This document shows, in pieces, positions 12,501 through 25,165 of a DNA stretch of 64,000 bases; the first letter of the stretch is position 1, and each line of letters opens with the position of its first letter. Under the pieces are notes generated by a model, which was not told the DNA's origin, did no database searches, and saw only the letters and a program-made list of their open reading frames with translations. Source of the DNA: Pelomyxa schiedti (Eukaryota; Protista; Evosea); contig JAHLWZ010000351.1 in assembly GCA_020536535.1 (NCBI GenBank), forward strand, positions 1-64,000, in the 5' to 3' direction. The position numbers were made by a program, and so were the translations under genes.

Positions 12501-14794
12501 GAATGACTTTTCACATCACAACATCGATGTTGCGTGCAATCTGCTTGAGACTTGTGGGAGATTCTTGTATAGGAGCCCAGAGACACATGTTCGCACGAAA
12601 AACATGGTATCTATCTTTCTTTTCCTTAAAACACCTTCGTAACACTCACAACAAAAAAGTTAGAAGTTATGATGCGTTTGAAGAATGTTAAAAACCTGGA
12701 TAGCAGAATGAACACAATGGTTTGCAAAGCAGAGCACTGTAGAATGCTTAATGTTTCTATAGATAGAGAATGCTTTTTATACGAGTGTTCCACCAGAGCG
12801 ATCGCTGCATACTTCAAAGAACAGGACACCAATGCAGGTAGTCCCTCTCTGTTAATAAATACTCTCTCACAGCTCTTGTAGAACTACATTCGTTTCCTCA
12901 TTTTTGATTGCTTGTCCGTCAAGACTGTAAAGCATGTCTTGAAACAAATGAGAAAACTGCACTGGGATGAACAAGAAGTATTGAAAACTCAAATCTTTTT
13001 TCCTGTACCACTCCCACGAAACTTAGGATTATATGGTGAAATGCCTCCTCAATGTGCACAAGGGAAAATTTGTGAGCATCCCTCTTCTTGCAAGTCTAAT
13101 CTCCGGGATAGCCGTGCACCACGACACTCTTGGTGTCAAAGTTGTAGATAGCCTCTGTGAGGAAATTAGGGTTGGCTTAGAGGTAAGGGTCTTCTTTTCT
13201 TTTTTAGTATTGTATTTCCTTGAGTAAATCCAAAAAAAAAAAAAAAAAAAAGCGCAACGACTATTCAGCACAGCAACGCAGAATAATGCATGTGAAGCTT
13301 CTCTCGGAACTGTACAACTACACAATGTTCGAACACCAACTCATTTTTGAAACGTTGTACCTCTTCCTCACTTTTGGTCATGACAGTATGTGTCCCTTTT
13401 TTTTAACCCAGTCCCACTCACATTGTCTAGATTCATCAATAGCCTCTGGTGAAGATTTGGTGCTGGATTCCCCACGTGATTATTTTAGGATTCGATTGGT
13501 AAGTAACACCGTTCGTAATATCTGTATAATTAACAGTGGGGAAAAGATATGCACTGTATTGTTGACCTGCGGGCAGTACTTCAGCAAGGGGTCCATTAAG
13601 TTCAAGTTGGACAAATTCCTTGCGTTTTTCCAGGTTCCCTTATTGCTTAAATCATTCCTCACGATCTCACGCAAATTATAGCGGTATCTGCTCTCAAAGA
13701 TTTCCTTACCCATGGACGTTGAATTTATGGTCATGGATATGCTGGAAGCACTCAGACCCCAGATGATGAGAGTAACTACTGTCGAGGAAGCTGAAAAACT
13801 CATACAACAAGTCGACGCGGAATACCAGCAACACTTGGCAAAACGTGCTGGAGCCGTCAATTCAAACGGGACACAACAAATGACCACAGTAAAGCCCGTG
13901 AACGTTCAAATCACTCGAGGGAAAGCTGCAACCACCGAAACACCCACCAGTCCCTCTGAAGAGGATACCAATAGCGAGGCAAATACCCAAGTTCAGGCGG
14001 AGGACAACGAATTTGACCGTGATCAAGAATCCCCTGATTCACCCCAGAGTCAAGAAACCCCAGCTCCAGTTTTGCGGCAGACACGCAGGCCACCCACTTC
14101 TCCAGCAGATGAAGACTTTGAAAGAGTTCGTTCCAAAAGCAAACTCCCAAGCACTGACGATGTTGTAATTCCCCTCCCCAAACAGGAGCTCAGTCGAGTG
14201 ATGAAAGAGAGTTATGCTTCTGGTCACCGACGCACAGAAACATTGAAAGTGGAAATTCCTTATCAAGTTGAAGTAGCAGCGGCGAACAGCTCACATAATA
14301 CATCCCAATACCAATTCAAAGTGTTGATGAAGAAAGGAAATAAACAAAAGGTTGTCTTCCCCTTTTTTACACCATTTTTATTGACTGCTTTTGAAATCTC
14401 AGACTAAGAATTTGCTTATACCTGCGACATGCAAGCTGGCAAAGGCAACCAAAAACCACACGTCTTCGGAGAAGACTCAACAAGCAGCACTTAAACGTGT
14501 GGTGATGAAATCATTGGAGGTTGACAAGTTGCTATTTTAGGTTTTTTTTACCTTTCAACAGGAAGATACTGTCCGAGATCAAGTTCCCCCAGCGATAGGT
14601 ACTCTCAACCCCGACAACCTCATATTATAAGTTAACTTTTTGGGTTTTAAGGTCGAGGTACATCAAAACCGGCAGCCGAGAGAAGAAGGCAACCTCAATC
14701 TTTGGAAGTGCAGCTTCAAAACTCATTTGGGTGTGCAAAAAACTGTCAAACACAGCCGGGGTCACTCACCTTTCTCCAGGAGGACTTAGTATGA
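9557..14794 (+). CDS. UPF2: Regulator of nonsense transcripts 2 (NMD factor with three MIF4G domains); multi-exon
   Basis: E/R-rich N-terminal coiled coil, then RNTAYIKKL and LNLTKYVSE (MIF4G-1). NIETKIRNIRFLGELTKF and HHNIDVACNLLETCGRFLYRSPETH are UPF2-specific. DYFRIRLV, an acidic tail and the C-terminal FKVLMKKGNKQK segment follow. Start and end codons inferred. Confidence 0.92.
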
Positions 14795-15287
14795 AGAATC
14801 CCAAAAGAAGCTATCACACATAAAAATCACCTGGATCCACAAATATTCCATCCTTCCATTGGGTACCTAGAGACACCAAAACCGGCCAATCCCTGGCCCC
14901 ACATGCAGGGAACCAGGCCAGGCTTGTTCGTACACAACACACTCCATTCCCCATAATGACAGGCGACCCTCGGTACAGAGTCTGAGGCACACCCCACATC
15001 CAAAAAATCTGTTGCCAACAGTAACGTAACCAAGAGGTCTTTTGTTCCTGTCCACAACACCACTCTCAATCACCGAACCAATTCGGTTACATTGCCATAA
15101 ATAGCCAGCTTGGCATCCCATAAGCGGAACAGTTTCTTTGGGCATAAAAAGCTAGGGCTGAGAAGAGACCCCCCGAGTGCCAACAGGAAGTCCTCTATCA
15201 CTCAGACATGAGTACTTTGGGTTACACTAGGGCTGAAGTTCTTTCTTATGCCAGCAACTTCAAATATCACAGCCAAAAAAAAAGGTC

Positions 15288-17536
15288 TCAGTGGCTCATC
15301 ATCCACCACAAGGAAGTCAGCCACCTGGTTTCCTTGGCGTTGGTGTCAGGCACCATGTCAGCCATTGTGAGTCCCTCTACGACCCTGAGTGTGGCTTGAA
15401 TGTGAAGGGGTGAGGACATCGCCAGCGCCATGAGATGTTTCTTGATAAACACTGCATTCATTTCTGGGTACACACGCAGAAGCATCTTCCAAGAACTCAG
15501 TGGGAGAATGGTGTCTGATTCCAGGGGTATCGGTACCTTGGGAATCTTTTGCCTCATGTTAGTGCGGTTTATTGGAAATGTATGTTTGACTTTGGGCTTT
15601 GGGCTCATACCTCATCCAGTGTGATATTGAATTTGCGGATTAACCACTCGGCACAATTGGTCTTTTGTCTCCAGAGAAGTGCCGACAACAAGGGCCTGCC
15701 ACACCCTTTTACTTGTTCATCATTCAACTGAAAGTGGTTGAGAAGCCACCTGACAACTTTTCCAGATGCAACACCACCGGTTGCCAGACCCTCAGCAACG
15801 TCTTGTGGTGTGAAATTGCCATGTGACAGAACCTGTGTGACCTGTGAACTATCTGCACTTAAAACAACTTGCCCGACAGCATGAAACCTCAGACCAGGGT
15901 GAAATGATAAATTGAATGTGTCCAACTTGAGAAATGCCGTCTTGAAACAGCAGTAATTCAGGTCTTTTTCCACTGCTTCATGTACTGCATTTTTGCTGAT
16001 ATTGCAGAGTGCAACATTGGAAAGGAACCACTGCGCACCTTGGGGAGAATTGATGCACGGGAGCATGGAATTTGCCTCGCTGGGGTCCGCATTCAAACTA
16101 GCCATCACATGGAATGTCTTTTCTAACCAATCGGCAATAGCAGTATTGCCGTGATCAAGGGCGTTCTCAAGGCATCTGTAGAGTTGTTGCGTTGTGGGCG
16201 GAGCACCTCGTGGTAGCAGGGCTCTCACAACTGACACGCTGTCTTTGTCATTTCCACATGCTGCTATGAGTGTGCTTTCGTCAACACTCGTACTGGCTGC
16301 GCTGAAGAATGTGGAGAGCCACAGAAGGAATTCTGTGCTCTCCGAATTTCTCAAGGCATGCAATAGGTCACCCACAGTTGGTGTGAGATTAAAACTTTTC
16401 ATGACCCATTTGAAGGCCTTCTCCTTGCGGACGCAGTTGTACAGCTCATATTTCTCTGTCACTGAGAAAGAATCTTTGATCCACTGGCACCCTTCTTCAA
16501 TTTGGCTCTCATCGTGTGAGGAACCCCTAATGAATGCTGACAAAATTCTACCTCCAACAGAAGGATCCCTGTTTTGTCCATAGAACCACTCAGTGCACCG
16601 CTTCACAACTTCCAAGCTTGGTGTGTCAAAGAAATTTCCCATGCCCCACCGGGAAGTTTTCGTTGCAGTTATGCAGGCGTTCACAACGTCAGTTGAGGAT
16701 CCCAACCACTCCACAACATCAATATGCCCCCGAGTCACCGCACCGTGAAATGGTTCAACAAGCTCCCATCCCTCGCGGCCCACGCCGAATGTTGACATCA
16801 CCCACTTCACAGACTCCAGGTTCCCTCCTCGGCATGCATCGCACAGCAAGCTTTTTGCCGCCACTCCACTTGCGTCCTTGATTTCATCCATCAGATCAGG
16901 GTCATTAACAGGCCATGACAGCGGAACACCCCGCCAACATGTCGGCGTATCAGATGCATTCTCACTTCCGGTTTGAACAAGTTCTTGTGCCATGGCAACA
17001 TGTCCACCTGAAAGCAAGTTGCAATTAAGATATGTTTGTATCATGTGATTCACAATTGTGAATACTATATAAATGCTCCCCCAAGTAGAGCCAAAATCTA
17101 AAAAAAGCAAAATACCATAACAGAGCCCCCTGAGCACAGTGAGGCAATCTTTCTTCATTCTTTGCGGGGTTGTTGTCCCACCGGTGGCCTCGCGCTCATG
17201 CATCAGGATCCATTTTAGGCACCTCACGCTCGCCGCTCTCCCCGCGCACTTCAACGCGACGTAGCGCGACGCACACAGGTGCTGCATGTCCTCGTCCTCG
17301 TCGTAGTTCGTCAACACGCGCAGTGACGCTCGGCAGGCGCGCGGGACCAGGGGGAAGAGGGCATCCGCGACCTGGAAGGTTCTCACGTGGTCGATTATGG
17401 GAGCGGCAGAGGCCGGCCACTCAGGTCCCAGAACGTAAGGCACTACGACGTGGTCCCAAACGATGCGCGAAATGAGGAGCAAATGCGATACCCGGGAGTC
17501 GTTAGGAAATCGTTCCGGTGGCAACAGATTGCACAT
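15288..17536 (-). CDS. Divergent ankyrin-like helical-repeat protein
   Basis: Long ORF with repeated ankyrin-like cores (ACRGGNLESVKWVM, AVTRGHIDVVEWL, ALDHGNTAIADWL). In-frame 108-nt intron at 17008-17115. The C-terminal 15288-15608 segment is in another frame, joined by an intron or a frameshift. Confidence 0.65.
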
Positions 17537-18707
17537 TTTCGAAAGAAACGACCTCTCAAAAACTTTCCCAGAAACACAAAGACGAACGAAAACCACCGCA
17601 CCGGGTTATAAAATTGGTGCGCCCCTGGATACTTCGTAGACTCAACTTCAGTGTCAATTCGTACGACGATTGCAATTCGCGTGCAACGTCCGCGGGAATG
17701 AAATGAGAGGGAGGCGCCCAGTGACGTTGTATTTTTTCATTATTCCCCCACTAAACGGATGACGCGTGTTGGTATGCATGTATATTGTGCTTCCACACAA
17801 ACCTTCACACAATTCCACCGCATTGTCAACCAGGGTAAAGTTGTTTCCGCACCACAGTATCTATGGACTAACAACCGCAGAATTCATGGCACAACAATTA
17901 TCTGAGGAGTTTTTGTACACTTGTCCCGCGGGTCAGAAATTCAGAAATATTGCCAGCCCTATCCACAAAAATTTTGAGGCAGTGGCCCCAGCCAATGCGG
18001 AACCTCGGAATAGCAGTATTCGGGGCAGTTCATTGGGATCCCACAAGGACTGGACTGTAAAACAAGTAAGAGCAATCCCACACTCCAAATAGATAGCACA
18101 ATGTTCAACTCACATAGAAAGAATACGCCGGACCAGGCCCCACACCGAGAAACAAGTTCAGGTTGATTTAGCCCCATCAAGCCTTCTCGAAATTTTTTCC
18201 TTTCGACCCATCATACATCTTCAGGTGCAAATCTTGGGTTTAACAGATGGCGTGATATGACAAAACTCTGTGCAGTGGGTCTTGTCATGAAAGGACCCAT
18301 TATCCCAGGTCAATTTGCCGCAAGTGGGAAAATCATACACACGGCGTATGCCCCAAGAGGAGAAAAAAACAAAAATAAGATTCCTCGACGTAAAAACATC
18401 GCAGGGAAAAAAAGGTCAATGACCCCAAAGGCAACCCCCAAGCCTGGACCCTCACCCCCGAGCCCCCCAAAAGCACGAAACCCCAGGGTGAGTCCCAACC
18501 TGCTGATGTGGTTCCAAGAACGAGTCTTTTCCGCACCAGAGTCTCCTCAACACCCCAAAAGAAGTCAAAGAAAACCCGTCCGACGTGTCTCTTTTTGTGG
18601 GAAGACAAAATGGTGTGGAACGAAAAAATAATAAAGGGAAAAAAATGGATGTTTTTTCTTCTCCCAAATGGTACTACACGTGTCTTTCTTCATAGCATTT
18701 ATTACCC

Positions 18708-21700
18708 TCAACTGTCTGTTGGGGATGCATAGAGAGAGCTGTTTGTCATTCCACCTGTATTCTCGTATATTGGGTTGGTTGTGGTGCTTGATGCCGTGCC
18801 ATCCAACAATGAGTTGGGGATGTACCAGTTGGCTCCGTATCTGATGTGCTGTAATTTGAGGGGTATCAGTGTGATGCATACAGTCAACTCAAAAAAAAAA
18901 AAAACCTTGTATAGGAAGAAGCCAGCAACTGCTGCAGCGGCACAACCAATTGTTACTCCAATGATGGTCCCTGTGGCTATAAGAGAGTTTGTTGTAACTT
19001 GGGCATTGCATTTGGATGAATCCCAAACATCCCCTCCACAGTTGCCACAGGCATCATTTGTCTTGTTGTCATAACTTCCATCACATCCTATGCAAGAGGA
19101 GTTTCCATTGCAAATACCACACGCATCATATTCCTCCATTGAATTTGGAACTCCTGGCAACTGCGGTTTAGTACTGGAGGGAAAAGTACATTCCAAACTC
19201 TCTTACCATCACATCCCATGCAGGTAGAATTGTTGCCGCCGCAAATTCCGCAGGCATCCCACTGTTTCCCACTCCATAGTTTTGTGTCACAACCGATACA
19301 GGCGATGCCATCTCCACCACACACGCCGCATTGGTCATATGTCATTCCAGACCAGGCAGTCCCATCACATCCAACGCACATATTATCTCCTCCGCAGACA
19401 TTGCACCTGTTGCGGAGGGACCACAGGAGGAATTAGTCCAAAGGAATCGGAAAAGCTTTCACATACAAGTCATATTCAGCGCCGGACCAAGCAATGAAAT
19501 CACAGCCGAAGCAGAGATTGGTCTCGTTTGCCGTTAGGGGACAGTTTCCACACAAATCATACTGAAGATTCCCAGGTTTTCCGTCACAACCTAGGCATTG
19601 ATTTGTGCCACCACATATTCCACATTTATCAACTATCTTGAAGTGACTTGTAAGTGAGAAATCATACAGTTATTTCGGACATACAAGCATTGAAAATGGT
19701 ACGAAGTCACAACCGAGACATGTGTTGTTTCCAAGGCACACGCCACATTGATCATACTGGCTTCCAGACCATGGTACATTATCACAGCCTAGACATTCGT
19801 TGTCTCCACCACATACAAAACAGCTTAATCAGAAATTTAGACACAGAACAAGTGGGAAAAGGGATTATCAGGCATATACCGGTCGTATTTCTTGTTTGAG
19901 AATGGAACATAATCACAACCATAGCATGTATTGTTACCGCCACAGACTCCGCATTTATCATAGGGAAGATTTCCAGGTAGTCCATCACAGCCAATGCATT
20001 GATTTGAACCACCACAGATTCCACATTTATCCTCAACCTGTTCAAATGCTTAATCTAGTCGAAGGTATGGAATGGAAGCCGTACCACCCCTGAAAATGGT
20101 ACATAATCACAACCCAAACAGGTATTGTTCCCTGCGCAAACGCCACAGAAATCATAAGTCTGATAGGAGAATGGTACGTCGTCACATCCTACACACTCAT
20201 TGGTCCCTCCACATACTCCGCACCTGAAACTCTAATTCAGACAAGGCTGAGGAGAAAAAACGATACTTATCAATAGCCTTGCCAGAAAAAGGAATGTAAT
20301 CACATCCCAGGCAATCGTTCATGTATGTAGGGTCATCAGTGCAGTTTCCACACTCATCGTAAGCAAGGTTTCCTGGAAGTCCATCACATCCAATGCACTC
20401 GTTGGAGCCCCCACATATGCTGCATTTATCAACCACCTAGCTTTTTGTAAGGTACAAAAAAATACTGAAATTCGTTGACACACCAAGCCAGAGAAGGGCA
20501 CATTATCACAACCAAGGCAACTGTTGTTTCCAGCGCAGACACCACACTGGTCATAAGTCAGTGCGCTTGGTTTTCCATCACAGCCGAAGCACGAATTATG
20601 TCCACCACATTCACCACATTGGTCAACGGTTACATTTGAAAAAGGCTTTCCATCACACTGCACACAAGAATCATTTCCTGAGCAGATGCCACACTAACGG
20701 AGGAAATGAGAAGAAAAAGAAGATAGTCACCTACAAACCTGATCATAAACTTTCCCACTGAAGCAAACACCATCACAGCCAAAGGCTCGGTCCTCTCCAC
20801 CACATATTCCACAGTCATCCAGAACTTTTCACCTTTAGTTTTAACATAAAGAGAAAACAGGATACCCTTCCCACTGAACGGAACTTTGTCACAGCCCCAG
20901 CAGGCATTCGTCCCATCACAGACTCCGCACTGGATTTAATTTAGAAAAAGATTATAGATCAAAGAAAGAACCTCACCTCATCGTACTGTCTTCCAGAGTT
21001 TAGTATACCATCACATCCCATGCAGGATCTATTGAACTTTCAGATGGGAAAACTGAAAAAAAGAAAGAGCAGTACGAGCCATTGCCTCCACAGACTCCAC
21101 AGACATCAAATTGAATAGGATCCCAGATGACTCCATTGCACCCAAAGCATGCCCTATTTCCACCACAGATTCCACAAACGTCGTAAGTCTTTCCACTGTA
21201 AAGAACGCCATCACAGCCCACACAAGCATCAGTGCCAAGGCAAACATCACATTTGTCCACTTGTGCTCCACTCCACGGTTTTCCGTCACAGCCGATGCAC
21301 GCAAGCTCGGATGGATTATTCGTGCAGTCACCACATCTAACATAGGACACAATTTCAGTGGAGGTGAAAGAGAGAAAAAGGAGAGAAACGTGTCATAAAA
21401 CCAGCCAGAATTTGCTACGCCATCACATCCAACACAATCTTTTCAGGGTAAATAAGAGTAACCAGAATTAGTTAGAATTATGCACCATTTGCGCCTTGAC
21501 AAACACCGCATTTGTCAACTGTTGCTAGTGACCAAGGGATCCCTGCAAGAATATGAATGGGAGCATATACAGTAAGAAAAAGATGTACCATCACATCCAA
21601 CACAAGAGAGACCAGTTCCACCACACAGTCCACACTGGTCATACTGACGACCTGAGTATGCAACATGATCGCACCCAAAGCAAGAGTTCTGCACATACAG

Positions 21701-24700
21701 GTTGTTAATCTCGCCGCCAGTCATAATGGAAGTTACTTACATTTCCGTGGCAAACAGAACAGTTATCGTACACGGCCCCACTAAACGCCACGTTGTCACA
21801 CCCCACACAGTCGTTCATTTCAACATCGCCTGGTTGAACGCATTGACCGCATCGGTCATACACATATGGCCCATAAGGAATTCCCATGCAATCCTCGCAT
21901 GCGTTTGTACCCTGGCATACAGCTATGACATTTGATTGTTGTTTATTTTTGAGCGAGTGAGTTCACCATGGGGCGACAAATAAAGAAGCATACAGCAGTT
22001 GTCAAATGTAGCGTGGGACCACTTGATGCCATTGCACCCCAAGCATTCCAGGCCCGAACCACCACAAACACCGCACTGGTCATATGTCAACGGGGGGACA
22101 GTAGCACGCCCATCGCAGCCAATGCACCTTGATGTGTAGGTTTGGGTGTAAGAGTCAATAAGTTGCCAGGCTATACATTTACACTAGTACTACACAAACA
22201 GCCACAGCAAATAAAGGCACTTTTCCCACAAACGTACTTGTTTGTTCCGTTGCACACTCCGCACTTGTCCCAGCTTGCCTTCCCATAAGGCGTTCCGAAG
22301 CAATCAATGCACGACGTGCCGTTTCCCCCGCACACACCGCACTGGTCGTACTAGCAGACAAAGTTAGTGGTGAAGATCAGGATCAAGAAGAAGATCGATC
22401 GTGCAGGAAACACATACGGCGGCAGGGGGCACTGTGTAAAGGTAGTCACATCCCATGCACGCGTTGGTTCCACCACATACTCCGCAGTTGTCATTATGCT
22501 TGTTGCCATACGGAACCTGCTGGCAATCCAAACCTGATTGGTGAATGTGAGTGTTCTATGTGGAAGCCAACTGTGTGTGGCATCTACTTACTACTAGTAC
22601 TAGTAGTAAGTAGGACTGGGTGGCTACATACAGGCGTTTGTGCCGTTGCAGACTCCGCACAGGTCGTACCTGTTGTGTGACTGGTTGGTGATGGGAATAC
22701 AGAATGATGAATGGGGGATCACATTGCCATGACTGGGGTTCCAAAGCATCCGTAGCACGTGGAATTGTCGCCGCCGCACACTCCACATGCATCCACTTTG
22801 GCGTGGCCATTCAGGTTTCCGTAGCAATCCAGGCACGATGTCCCTGAGCCTCCACATATTCCGCATATATCCACCACTCTGATGTTCAAAAAAGGAGGAG
22901 TTGCAGTTAACTCTTAACTGTCAGAAGCTTATTTACTCACGTTATTCCGTAAGGAACACCCTTGCAATCCAAACATTGATTCGAATCCGCCAGTGTAACG
23001 CATATCTGACACTTGTCCATAATTTTCCCAGAGTTCACAACATGGTCGCAACCTTCGATTCCTCAGAATTATTCTATGATACATTATTTGCTTACCGTAA
23101 CAGGGGAATACACTATCCACTACAATGGTTGCAACACCCCATCCAAGGACATTCAAGTAAATCGTTGTATTATGTACGGCAGTTCTATGGCAATGTAAGT
23201 ACTAAGGTCATGTTTTCTAAGGCTACGTTGCAAGTAATTTCACATTGAAGATGTAGGTATTGTAGGGCGTTACACTTGTGTAAGTGGATGGAGAGATTGA
23301 CTGGACATAGCCGTATGTATCTGTAGCAACCACCATCTGAAGAGTGTTACTAATAAAACCTGGTGTAAGTAACTTACAGTTAGTGTTGAAGCAAGCACAC
23401 TAAGACCCTGCAAGATATAGGGGACAACATTGGAGCTATCTGATGCGATCAAAAACACATTCCCGTAGCTACATCAAAACGTTAGAAAAGCTGATTCCCT
23501 TGAGGACTGAATTACCCAAATGAAGTGATCAAAGAATTATACTGACTCATCACTGAGGTAGTATAGGAACCTCCATCGTTGATAATTCCAAACACAGGGT
23601 ATATGTTTGCGCCCTTGATGTGTGTAGTGAGAGTCGCCACAGAAGGATAGTCTTCGCCTTATGTACATGTAAGTGCACCCGAAAAAAAAACCTGAAGTAC
23701 CTGTGCCATAATACTGGCATTGATTAACTGTATTGCCAGCTGCATCTAAAATTACACCTACAGGATAGCACGGCGGAGTCATGCAATCATCCACGCAATC
23801 ATAGTTATTTGCTGGTAAATAGGCGAGAGATGTCTGTCCACTAGCAGCTTGACATTGATATTTGTTCTCTTGTGCATAATGGAAGTTGGCATCCGTTATT
23901 GTGAAAAACATCTAATAGGCAAAGGTAAGTTTTACAAGTGAGCACACTGACGGACCTTCAGGGAATTTGTTCTCCAGCCATACTTCCCCTGCATGTTGCA
24001 AGTTGCCTGCGCAAGCGGAACAAGTTGTGACTCGGGTCCATCATAGCCCCATCCAATCACAGTTTCCTGAGCGCTTATTAGTTCAAGCCGAAGAGGATGG
24101 AATGTGCTTACTGCCACTTTCGCCTGCAAGGCATTGTAACTATTCTGCAGGGGTGCTAGGGCCCAGAAGTCATTATCTACTGCTGCCATAGAACCCCAAT
24201 CCCCTGAGTACAGGACCGGCTTGTCTCCAAACGTGTTGTAGGCAAAATTGGCCTGAGGCCTAGAACTCCGGACTTGTGATATGATCCGCGGAATAAGCAT
24301 GGCAACCATTTGTACATCTGGTGTCATACTGCCCGTGATATCCTGTTTCCTGGTGATTTGAAATGCCATCTTTTGGGAAAGAACCTGACTGATCCAAAGA
24401 TCAAGAGACTGCAGCTCAGAAGGTGGTACATAAACACTGATTGGAACCGTAAGAGCTTGATTAGGCACAAGAAAAACTTCTGTTATTGCTGGATTGATCT
24501 ATGTGGCGTTGGGATTACGGTCATAAGGCATAGTAACAGGAACGAACAGGTGAGCCCGTTGTGTTCCACACAATCTGACTTTGTTGGTACCACCAAGTTC
24601 CATTTGAACAAGACCCAGAAGAAGGCCCTGAATTCCACATCAGGAAACAAAACAGACGCAGAAAAACCAATCCAGCACAGAGTCAGATAGACATACACAC

Positions 24701-24890
24701 CTGATGCAGTTCCAGCCATGCACTTTCCAGTTCCAGTGCACCACCCACACCCAGTCGTGGCCACGCAGGAAGTGCACACTCCGTATGTGCACGCTCCCAG
24801 CACCCCCACGGCTGCTCCCATAATTACAACTACAACCATCGCCGTAACCGCCATCGTAACCGACAAGGGTATCGCCCTCTGTGTAGGCAT
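18708..24890 (-). CDS. Integrin-beta-like type I membrane protein: signal peptide, PSI, beta-I/VWA domain, long Cys-rich stalk, TM, NPxY tail
   Basis: Signal peptide MPTQRAIPLSVTMAVTAMVVVV. PSI-like CTSCVATTGCGWC. Beta-I motifs DITGSM, FGDKP, DGPES, YGWR and TDANFHY. Many GCDG...DxCGxC repeats. TM IIGVTIGCAAAAVAGFFLY and cytoplasmic NPIY at 18765-18776. Confidence 0.85.
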
Positions 24891-25165
24891 GCCCTGTGCT
24901 TGTTCTGGAATCAAATCGAGTCGTTGGTTTTTTTGTTTGTTTTCCTTTTATTTTTTTTTTTTGTGTGCATGTACACAACGTTAGTTCCACAACGGGGATG
25001 AGCGGAAAAGCGTTAACTAAGTTCGGTACGATTCCATTCTTTTTCTTCCATCCGCATCTGGAATGCAAATCCAGATCGACGTTTCTGTACCTCTCGTGAA
25101 AACGGACGTGCACTACACACAAAAAAACCTGGTGTGAAGAACAAAAAAAAAACGAAACAAACCAC
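24891..25165. promoter_or_regulatory. Probable 275-bp bidirectional promoter shared by the two surface-receptor genes
   Basis: Divergent ATGs at 24890 (-) and 25166 (+), each giving a signal-peptide-like N-terminus. Confidence 0.5.

Noticed and set aside
14814-15145. Small minus-strand ORFs downstream of the ankyrin-like gene
   Set aside because: No domain recognised and no clear splice structure; may be a degenerate fragment, but I cannot support it.
17600-18700. ORFs at 17766-18092 and 18257-18631, and a TATAAAA near 17606
   Set aside because: No recognisable protein motifs; a lone TATA-like word is not enough evidence.
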